NCBI GenBank assembly: GCA_016199495.1
Contig: JACQGQ010000040.1
Span: 9,773-73,772 of the forward strand
DNA length: 64,000 nucleotides
Direction of reading: 5' to 3'
Origin: Chloroflexota bacterium
Lineage (GTDB): Bacteria > Chloroflexota > Dehalococcoidia > Dehalococcoidales > UBA2162
Below the pieces are notes generated by a model. The model made no database searches, had not been told where the DNA came from, and saw only the letters and a list, made by a program, of their open reading frames with translations. Position 1 is the first letter of the stretch. Every line of letters begins with the position of its first letter. This document shows, piece by piece, positions 1-7,304 of this stretch. A program made the translations under genes and the position numbers.

Positions 1-72
1 GTGCTACCCGAAGCGCCGATTGTGGGGGCATCAGGGGCAGCCCTCCTGGCTCGAGGTAACTTAGCCCAGTAG
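1..72 (+). CDS. 3' end of a gene starting left of the window (product not assignable)
   Basis: Frame 1 is open from the window edge to TAG 70-72: ...LPEAPIVGASGAALLARGNLAQ*. The GA..GAALLA tail is reminiscent of ROK/BadF-type sugar-kinase-fold ATPases, but 23 aa is too little to call. Confidence 0.3.
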   Translation: MLPEAPIVGASGAALLARGNLAQ

Positions 73-78
73 CAGAGG

Positions 79-612
79 ATGGTGAGCAAAAGCAAAGAAG
101 CAACGAGGCGAACCAGCACCAGAGCGACCCTGGCTTTCCACTGGAGCTATATTATACTGCCGCTGATTCTCCTGCTGCTGTCAATAATTCTCACTGCCTA
201 CTTCTATCACCGACTTCCCGTTGAGATAGCTTATCATTTCCAGCCTGATGGCTCACCTGATAGATGGCTGAGCCGCGACACGATTATCCTCTGGATGCTT
301 TCAGCACAACTTTTTCTTACCTTGGTGGCCGGAGCCATTACCTGGGCAATAACCAAACTGAGTGCCTTCTTCAGGCAGACAGAGAACACCCGGCTGAAAC
401 CGGAAAAAATCCTGTTACTTATGGGCAATATGGTTGCCCTGCCTCAAATCATTCTCGGCTTTGCAATACTCGATATTTTCAGCTACAATTCATCCCAGAG
501 ACACATTATGCCCCTGTGGCTATTTACCCTGATTATCCTGGGAGTGGGGGGCACTATTCTCGGTATATTCTTTATCCGGGCAATACGACAAGTCTGGGGA
601 GCTAACCGATAG
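79..612 (+). CDS. DUF1648-like integral membrane protein
   Basis: 177-aa ORF with GAGG just upstream of the ATG. An N-terminal TM helix is followed by 'LPVEIAYHFQPDGSPDRWLSR', the P..H...G.PD.W signature I associate with DUF1648/SdpI-like proteins. Three further hydrophobic helices follow. Confidence 0.6.
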   Translation: MVSKSKEATRRTSTRATLAFHWSYIILPLILLLLSIILTAYFYHRLPVEIAYHFQPDGSPDRWLSRDTIILWMLSAQLFLTLVAGAITWAITKLSAFFRQTENTRLKPEKILLLMGNMVALPQIILGFAILDIFSYNSSQRHIMPLWLFTLIILGVGGTILGIFFIRAIRQVWGANR

Positions 613-650
613 TGCCGGAGAGATTGTTTATCAAACCTCACCCCCTTTAT

Positions 651-823
651 CCCCCTCTCCTTTTCAAGGAGAGGGGGAAAGATTTAGAAGAGGGGCGTTA
701 GCCCCTCTTCGACGCCCTTTTAATTCAACCTCCTTCCAAGGAGACGGGAGAGGAGACTTTAGAGAGGGGCTTTCCGCCCCTCTCTGACCTACAGTTCCCC
801 TTCCCCTTAACAAGGGGAAGGGG
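651..823. repeat. Cluster of four perfect GC-rich stem-loops (REP/BIME-like) in the spacer upstream of glyQS
   Basis: 651-677 CCCCCTCTCC/ttttcaa/GGAGAGGGGG; 687-710 GAAGAGGGGC/gtta/GCCCCTCTTC; 761-785 AGAGAGGGGC/tttcc/GCCCCTCTCT; 797-823 CCCCTTCCCCTT/aac/AAGGGGAAGGGG. All arms are homopurine/homopyrimidine. The track ORF 664..849 (-) is an artefact of these repeats. Confidence 0.85.
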
Positions 824-867
824 AAAAAGGGGATAGGGTTAATAAACAATCTCTAAGGAGTGACAGC

Positions 868-2241
868 GTGACCGAAAAAACACCTGATAAGGTTGACATG
901 GAGAAGATTGTCTCCCTCTGCCGGCGGCGCGGTTTCATTTTCCCCAGTAGCGAAATCTACGGCGGACTCTCCAGTTGCTGGGACTACGGGCCGCTGGGGG
1001 TGGAACTGAAGCGCAATGTTAAAGAAGCCTGGTGGCGGGCGATGGTTCAAGAGCGCGACGATATGGTGGGTCTGGACGCCAGTATCCTGATGCATCCCCA
1101 GACCTGGGCCGCCAGTGGACACCTTGAGGGCTTTGCCGACCCCCTGGTGGAGTGTAAGAATTGTCACCTGCGGTGGCGCAGTGACGAAGTGGCGGGCAAC
1201 AGGTGCCCTTCCTGCGGTGGCGAATTAACCGAGTCCCGCATGTTTAACCTGATGTTCAAGACCTTTATGGGGCCGGTTGAAGAAGACGCCGCTGTCGTTT
1301 ACCTGCGTCCGGAGACAGCGCAAGGGATGTTCGTCAACTTCCAGAATGTGCTTAATACCACCCGGAAGAGGCTGCCATTCGGCATCGCCCAGATTGGCAA
1401 AGCCTTCCGCAACGAGATTACCACCGGCAACTTTATTTTCCGCAGCCGCGAGTTCGAGCAGATGGAAATTGAGTTCTTCGTTAAGCCGGGAAGCGATGGG
1501 GAGTGGTTTAACTACTGGCTGGAGGAGCGTCTCCAATGGTATACCAAGCTGGGCATTAAAAAGGAGCACCTCCGCCCCAGAGAGCATGGCAAAGAGGAAC
1601 TATCCCACTATTCGCGGAGGACGGTTGACATTAACTACCTCTTCCCGATGGGCTGGGCTGAGCTAGAGGGCATTGCTAACCGGGGGGACTTCGACCTGGG
1701 GCAACATGCCAGTTCCAGTGGCAAGGATTTAAGTTATTTTGATGAGGAGACTAAAGAACACTTTCTCCCCTATATCATCGAGCCATCAGCCGGGGTTGAC
1801 CGCTCCGTCCTGGCTTTCCTCTGTGATGCCTATGATGAAGAAGCCGATAACGGTGAAATCAGGGTATTGCTCCACCTCCACCCCTCCCTGGCCCCCTTCA
1901 AGGTAGCCGTCTTGCCCTTGAGCCGGCGGGAGAACCTGGTTAAAGTGGCTAAGGAGGTATCTGCCGACCTGCGCCGGCACTGGATGGTGAGCTATGACGA
2001 TGCCCAGAGTATCGGCCGCCGCTACCGCCGTCAGGATGAGATTGGCACTCCCTTCTCTGTTACCATCGACTTCCAATCACTGGAAGATAACCAGGTCACC
2101 ATCCGCGAGCGCGACACCATGAACCAGATACGAGTCCCTATACCCGAACTCCAGAAAACTCTGACCGCCAAGCTCGCCGGCGAAGACCTGTTCGTTTTGC
2201 CCCCCGGTGGGCAGGTGTGGAAGGAAGAAAAAAGGAAATGA
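868..2241 (+). CDS. glyQS: Glycine--tRNA ligase, single-chain class II (GlyQS type)
   Basis: 457 aa with a GTG start 7 nt after AAGGAG (855-860). The N-terminus 'IVSLCRRRGFIFPSSEIYGG...WDYGPLGVELKRN' and 'YLRPETAQGMFVNF', 'FRNEITTGNFIFRSREFEQMEIEFF', 'IEPSAGVDRS' are classic dimeric GlyRS motifs. Confidence 0.95.
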   Translation: MTEKTPDKVDMEKIVSLCRRRGFIFPSSEIYGGLSSCWDYGPLGVELKRNVKEAWWRAMVQERDDMVGLDASILMHPQTWAASGHLEGFADPLVECKNCHLRWRSDEVAGNRCPSCGGELTESRMFNLMFKTFMGPVEEDAAVVYLRPETAQGMFVNFQNVLNTTRKRLPFGIAQIGKAFRNEITTGNFIFRSREFEQMEIEFFVKPGSDGEWFNYWLEERLQWYTKLGIKKEHLRPREHGKEELSHYSRRTVDINYLFPMGWAELEGIANRGDFDLGQHASSSGKDLSYFDEETKEHFLPYIIEPSAGVDRSVLAFLCDAYDEEADNGEIRVLLHLHPSLAPFKVAVLPLSRRENLVKVAKEVSADLRRHWMVSYDDAQSIGRRYRRQDEIGTPFSVTIDFQSLEDNQVTIRERDTMNQIRVPIPELQKTLTAKLAGEDLFVLPPGGQVWKEEKRK

Positions 2242-2927
2242 CCAAGCTCAAAGTTGTAAGCATAGATATGTTCCGTACACTAGTAGATTTAGAAAGTCTA
2301 GAACGGGTTATCTGGCGCATGCTTCTAAAAGATAAGTACACCGTTGCTCTTGCCAAAGAGTGCGCGACTCATGCGGGCAATTCGCTGTTTAAATACCTAC
2401 CACAAAATAAGTTTCTGCCTGTGAAGTTAATTTTCATGGCGTGTTTTACTGAGCTATTCTCTAGCACTGACATCGAATTTGACCCTACTGAAGCTACCAA
2501 GCTATGGGCTCAACAGCACTCCCTCGCTAAGCCATTTGATGATTCTACTTTATTTTTGAATGCAGTAGGAAAGGAATATCCAATATGCCTTGCTAGTGAC
2601 ACCGATGATGATATGCTCGGAGCACTAAAGCAAATGTATGCTTTTGATTATATCTTCACCTCTGAACAACTGGGTTCGTACAAGGCAAATGCTGATGGTA
2701 GATTCTTTTCTGCCATTATAGACTATTACGGAGTCAGGCCTGAGGAAATCATCCATATTGGTGATGGAGGACTTGAGATTGTGGGCGCAGGCAAAGCAGG
2801 AATTACTACCTGCTGGTTAAACAGGACGGGTGTAGAATGGTCACATGATGTGAAGCCGAATTATGAAGTTAATTCTCTAGTTGACGCTGCCTCAGTATTA
2901 GGTGTGAACATTGATTCTGACCCTTAG
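2238..2927 (+). CDS. HAD-superfamily hydrolase (haloacid-dehalogenase-like subfamily)
   Basis: The ATG at 2238 overlaps the glyQS stop (ATGA); the track ORF starts earlier at 2217. Motif I-like 'VVSIDMFRTLVDL' and C-terminal 'IIHIGDGGLEIVGAGKAGITTCWLNR' (motif IV region). GC is visibly lower than the flanks. Confidence 0.6.
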   Translation: MTKLKVVSIDMFRTLVDLESLERVIWRMLLKDKYTVALAKECATHAGNSLFKYLPQNKFLPVKLIFMACFTELFSSTDIEFDPTEATKLWAQQHSLAKPFDDSTLFLNAVGKEYPICLASDTDDDMLGALKQMYAFDYIFTSEQLGSYKANADGRFFSAIIDYYGVRPEEIIHIGDGGLEIVGAGKAGITTCWLNRTGVEWSHDVKPNYEVNSLVDAASVLGVNIDSDP

Positions 2928-2937
2928 CATGGAAGTT

Positions 2938-3049
2938 TAAGAGGGGCGAAGCCCTTTCACCTTTACTTGTCATACCGGCGGAAGCCGGTATCCAGTGGTT
3001 TCTGGATTCCCGCTTTCGCGGGAATGACAAATGACGCGGGAATGACAAA
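2938..3049. repeat. Intergenic repeat block: one degenerate AGAGGGGC-type hairpin plus two 'GTCAT-hairpin-ATCCAG' units in inverted orientation and a 14-nt tandem duplication
   Basis: 2972-2991 ATACCGGC/ggaa/GCCGGTAT; 3006-3025 ATTCCCGC/tttc/GCGGGAAT; GCGGGAATGACAAA repeated at 3018-3031 and 3036-3049. Unit 1 (2970-2995, GTCATACCGGCGGAAGCCGGTATCCAG) matches the reverse complement of unit 2 (3002-3028) except for compensatory stem changes. Confidence 0.8.
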
Positions 3050-3112
3050 CGACATATGAAGTAGTGTTTTCGGATAGTCTCTAGAGGGGCATGGGGTTTA
3101 TAGGCTAAAATA

Positions 3113-4351
3113 ATGAAAATCCTCCATTTTAGTGACCTTCATTTAGGAGTGGAAAGCTACGGGCGGATTGACCCGGCTAGCGGCATATCTTCACGCCTGC
3201 TTGATTTCTTGGCTGTCCTCGACCAGGTGGTCGACTACGCCCTGGAGAACAGGGTCGACCTTGTCCTTTTCTGCGGTGATGCCTATAAAAGCCGGGAGCC
3301 GAGCCAGACCCAGCAGCGCGAGTTCGCCCGGCGCATTAACCGGCTGTCCCGCAGCGGAATTCCCGTCTTCCTCCTCGTCGGCAACCACGACCTGCCTAAC
3401 GCCAGCGGTAAGGCGACCACTACTGAAATTTTTGATACCCTGGCTATCCACAATGTTTATGTCTCCGACCACCCTGACATCTACCGAATTCCAACCAAAA
3501 GTGGCCTTATTCAAATAGCCTCTTTACCCTGGCTGAGACGCAGCGCCCTGTTGGGCAAGGAGGAGACTAAAAATCTTAGCTTTGAGCAGATTAACCGGAA
3601 GCTAGAGCAGGTGCTGACCGGTATTATTGCTGCCCATGCCGACAAACTCGACCCCGGACTGCCCTCGATACTGGCGGCACACGTCGGAGTAGCCAGCGCC
3701 ACCGTAGGCTCGGAAAGGCTGATGGCAATAGGGCAGGAGCATTTTTTATTGCTGAGTAATATTGCTAATCCTGCCTTTGATTATATCGCCTTAGGCCATA
3801 TTCACAAGCACCAGGTCCTATCGGACAATCCGCCGCTGGTCTATGCCGGTAGCCTGGAGCGGGTGGATTTCGGCGAAGAGGCCGACGAAAAAGGGTTTTA
3901 TACTGTAGCTATCGAGACGGAAGGGCAGACTGGTAAGCACAAGGTCGCTTACCAGTTTCACCCCGTAAGCGGGCGCCGCTTCCTCACCATCACCAGCGAT
4001 ATTGAACCGGAGGACACCGACCCCACCACAACGGTGCTCAAGGCTATCGCTGAACAGGGAGAGAAGGTCGGCGGGGCGATCGTGCGACTCCAGATTAGCC
4101 TGCCGGCGGAGATTGAAGGCCAGCTCAGGGATAACGACATCAGGGACGCCTTAAAAGAGACGTATTACTTTACCATCGCCAGGGATATCAAGCGAGAGGC
4201 TCGCCTCAGGCTGGGACAGTTTACCGCCGAAGAAATGACACCCCTTGAGGCGCTCAAATCCTACCTTGAAACCAGGAAAGTAGCCCCGGCCCAAGCTAAA
4301 CTGCTGCTTGAATACGGTGAGAAACTGATAGAGAGGGCGGGGGCTAAATAG
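3113..4351 (+). CDS. sbcD: Exonuclease SbcCD subunit D / Mre11-family metallophosphoesterase
   Basis: 412 aa with 'MKILHFSDLHLG', 'FCGDAYKSREP', 'LLVGNHD', 'LGHIHKHQ', the calcineurin-like phosphoesterase motifs in SbcD order. There is no sbcC next to it. Confidence 0.85.
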   Translation: MKILHFSDLHLGVESYGRIDPASGISSRLLDFLAVLDQVVDYALENRVDLVLFCGDAYKSREPSQTQQREFARRINRLSRSGIPVFLLVGNHDLPNASGKATTTEIFDTLAIHNVYVSDHPDIYRIPTKSGLIQIASLPWLRRSALLGKEETKNLSFEQINRKLEQVLTGIIAAHADKLDPGLPSILAAHVGVASATVGSERLMAIGQEHFLLLSNIANPAFDYIALGHIHKHQVLSDNPPLVYAGSLERVDFGEEADEKGFYTVAIETEGQTGKHKVAYQFHPVSGRRFLTITSDIEPEDTDPTTTVLKAIAEQGEKVGGAIVRLQISLPAEIEGQLRDNDIRDALKETYYFTIARDIKREARLRLGQFTAEEMTPLEALKSYLETRKVAPAQAKLLLEYGEKLIERAGAK

Positions 4352-4360
4352 GGTGGTTTT

Positions 4361-4379
4361 AGAGGGGTCAAGCCCCTCT
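4361..4379. terminator. Stem-loop between convergent sbcD and fdhA (AGAGGGG/tcaag/CCCCTCT); terminator-like but with no 3' U-tract on either strand
   Basis: Perfect 7-bp GC-rich stem 10 nt after the sbcD stop and 33 nt after the fdhA stop. It belongs to the same AGAGGGG...CCCCTCT family as the hairpins at 687-710 and 761-785. Confidence 0.4.
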
Positions 4380-4411
4380 GGGACACTCTTGATAAACGAG
4401 GTTACCTGTAG

Positions 4412-7264
4412 CTACTTGTGGCCGTTCTTTTCTACCCTGACGGCGGCGACCTTGAATTCCGGTATTTTGGCTACCGGGTCGAGAGCCGGATTAGTGAGCA
4501 CGTTGGCCGGGCTCTCGGCAAAATGGAAATCCATGCAGACCACCCCGACCGGGGAAACCTCGGTCACCCTGGCTCTAGCCACTACCTCCCCCCTCCGTGA
4601 GATGACCCTGACCGCCTCGCCATCAGCAATACCTAAAGCTGAGGCATCAGCCGGGTTTATTTCCACCAGTTCTTCTCCGCGGATGGTATTGAGTCCCTTC
4701 ACCTTACGGGTCATGGTGCCGGTATGGTATTGATACAGGCTTCGTTCGGTGGTCAGGATGAGGGGATATTCATCATCGGGAAGCTCCATAGAAGGCTTAT
4801 ACTCCAGGGGGGTAAACCGTCCCTTCCCCCGGGTAAATAGCTGGGTGTGGAGAATAGGTGTTCCTGGATGCTCCTGTGTGGGGCAGGGCCACTGCAAGCC
4901 GCCTTCCTCCAGGCGATGGTAGGTGATACCTCCCAGGCTGGGAGTGAACCGGGCAATCTCGTCCATAATCTGCGACGGGTCTGCAAAGTCAAAACCCTGG
5001 CCGCCCATTCTCTGGGCAATCTGACAGGTAATTAACCAGTCAGGCCTGGAGTCGCCCAGAGGTTCAATTGCTTTCCTCACCCGCTGCACCCGGCGCTCGG
5101 TATTGGTGAAGGTACCATCCTTCTCGGCAAAGCTTACCCCCGGTAGAACGACATCAGCCAGCTGGGCTGTTTCCGAGAGAAAAATATCCTGGACGACCAG
5201 GAATTCTAGCGTTTTTAGCGACGCCCTGACATGGTTAGCGTCGGGGTCGCTCAATACCGGGTTCTCCCCGATAAGATAGATTGCTTTTATCTGCCCCTGA
5301 TAGGCAGCATCAAAAATCTCGGTCAGGGCCAACCCCGGCGAAGAGTCCAGGCTACATCCCCAGGCTGTCTCAAATTTTTCCTTGATAGCCGGGTCGGTTA
5401 CCGCCTGGTAGCCGGGATAGACATTGGGCAGGGCACCAAGGTCGCAGGCACCCTGGACATTGTTCTGACCCCGTAAGGGATTAACCCCGGTCGACGGCTT
5501 GCCGATATTTCCGGTAAGCATCGCCAGGTTAGCAATCGCTAATACATTATCGGTACCATGGGAGTGCTGAGTAATACCCATGGCAAAGAGAATGGTGGCT
5601 GGTTTATTGGTAGCATAGATGCGGGCGGCTTCAGCTACCTTTTCCCCGGGCACCCCGGTAATCCGCTCCACGGTGTCAAGGTCAAAGCTTTTGAGTGACT
5701 CCTTGAAGGCAGCAAAGTTCTCGCAGCGCTCCTCGATAAAGGCTGAGTCAAGCAATCCCTCATCCACTATTACCCGCATCATCCCCATGAGCAGGGCGAC
5801 ATCGCTGCCCGGGCGCTGCCTCAGCCACCGGTCGGCAAAGTGAACCAGACCAATCTCACGAGGGTTAGCCACAATAAGCTTGCCGTCGTGGCGGACGGCT
5901 CTCACTAACTCCAGGGCAATTACCGGGTGAGCCTGACAGGTATTAGTGCCAATCGCCAGAATGCAGGCGGCATCGCCAATATCGCGGATAGAGTTAGTCA
6001 TGGCGCCGCTGCCGAAGGCTGTGACCAGACCGGCCACGGTGGGGGAATGTCAGAGACGGGCACAGTGGTCAATGTTGTTGGTACCCAGTACCGCCCGGGC
6101 AAATTTCTGGGCAACATAGTTATCCTCATTAGTGCACTTGGCTGAGGAGATTACGGCGACCTCGTTTTTCTGGTAGCTGGCTAGTTTGCTGGCGACTAGG
6201 TCGAGAGCCTCTTCCCAGCTTGCTGCCACAAACTCTCCGTCCCGCTTCACCAGGGGAGTGGTCAGGCGCTCCGGGTGATGCACAAATTCCTGTATGCCGA
6301 AGCGTCCCTTGACACAGGCTTGCCCCCGATTTACCTCATTTTTTCGCTGGGGGAGGACTTCAATTATCCGCTCCCCTTTAAGCTGTAGCTCCAACTGGCA
6401 GCCGACCCCGCAGTAGGGACAGGTAGTCAGCACCTGCCGCTCCGCCGAACCCTGCCATTTCCGAGTGCGCTCCAGCAGCGCCCCGACAGGACAGACATCA
6501 ACACAAGCCCCGCAAAACTGGCAGCCCGACTCCATGAGGCTGGGTCCCCTGGCGCCAACTATAACCTTACCGTCTCGAAAAACATAGCCAAGAACATCGG
6601 CGCCACGCACCTCCCGGCAGACCCGGACACAGCGGGTGCAGCCGATGCATAGATTGTAGTCCCGGTCGAAGAAAGGAGCATTAGTTTCAAGAGGCTGTCC
6701 CTTAGCAGTATAGGGTAGCGGCCTTTCCTCTATGCCAAGACCAATATAGTCAGCTACCTTTTGCAGGTCACAGTGGTCATTCTTAGGGCAAAGGACACAG
6801 CGTTCGGTTATGTTGACACTGCGCAGGCAGATATTAAAAGGTTTACAGATGTTAAGATTGTCAGCCTGGTCAAAACGGTCACAGGTAAGGCAGACATTGG
6901 GGTGTTGCCAAAGAATAAGCTTCAGATTGTCATGTTGTTTCTGCTTGACCGGCGGCGTGCTGGTGCGGACCACCATACCACTGGTGGCCTCGGTAGTGCA
7001 AGCCGTCGGCAGAGCTTTCATACCCTCGATTGCAACAACACAGAGCTGACAGCCCTCATATCGTATCGCCGAATTATCGTTTTTGAGTGGCTCGGCATTA
7101 CAATAGATAACCTCACTGGCTTGCACCTCTCTTGACGAAGATAGGTCCGGATGGTAACACAGTGTCGGGATATAGATGCCAGCCTCCCTGGCGGCTTCCA
7201 GCACTGTCATTCCTTGGCTGGCTTCAATCTGCCGACCATCAATAGTTAGACTAATTTTATCCAT
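4412..7264 (-). CDS. fdhA: Formate dehydrogenase catalytic (alpha) subunit, selenocysteine-containing, with N-terminal 2Fe-2S/4Fe-4S domains
   Basis: Track ORFs 6050..7264 and 4412..6037 share one frame and are separated only by TGA at 6050-6052. Read-through gives ...[31 protein letters not shown]..., matching my recollection of the Sec context of E. coli FdhF (...CARVUHGPSVAGL...). The N-terminus has NuoG-like Cys motifs; the C-terminus has a molybdopterin-dinucleotide-binding region ('AVRVISRRGEVVARARVTE'). Confidence 0.85.
6021..6052 (-). promoter_or_regulatory. UGA(Sec) codon plus candidate bacterial SECIS hairpin
   Basis: The mRNA reads UGA CAU UCC CCC ACC GUGGCC-GGUCU-GGUCAC. This is a 6-bp stem (one G.U pair) with a GGUCU apical loop. 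As I recall the E. coli fdhF SECIS (UGA CAC GGC CCA UCG GUU GCA GGU CUG CAC C), GGUCUG sits at the same codon offset from the UGA there. Confidence 0.6.
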
Positions 7265-7304
7265 AATTTTGTCCAGCTGGTACAGCGGTGGCTTTCAAGG
7301 TGAG

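Noticed and set aside
664-849. 61-aa minus-strand ORF in the glyQS upstream spacer. The same applies to many antisense or alternative-frame track ORFs nested in long genes, for example 853..1167, 1225..1587, 8646..9119, 12047..12544, 14180..14773 and 16845..17435.
   Set aside because: 664..849 is composed of the palindromic repeats and has low complexity (P/S/G/R). The others lie wholly inside well-supported genes, on the opposite strand or in another frame, and have no motifs. High GC inflates such ORFs.
613-867. T-box riboswitch upstream of glyQS, the classic glyQS leader in Firmicutes and some other phyla
   Set aside because: I could not find the conserved T-box sequence (…GGUGGUACCGCG-like) or a terminator/antiterminator pair built on it. 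There is also no recognisable Stem I with a GGC specifier and a K-turn. The hairpins are simple perfect palindromes of a dispersed family.
3113-4351. Orphan SbcD/Mre11 nuclease as part of a defence system
   Set aside because: No partner ATPase, SMC-like or other defence-associated gene is adjacent. The neighbours are housekeeping or metabolic genes. sbcC is probably encoded elsewhere.
4412-7264. Treating 4412..6037 and 6050..7264 as two separate genes or a pseudogene
   Set aside because: Both lie in the same frame, the only interruption is a single TGA at what I recall as the conserved Sec position, and a SECIS-like hairpin follows. One selenoprotein gene is the better reading.
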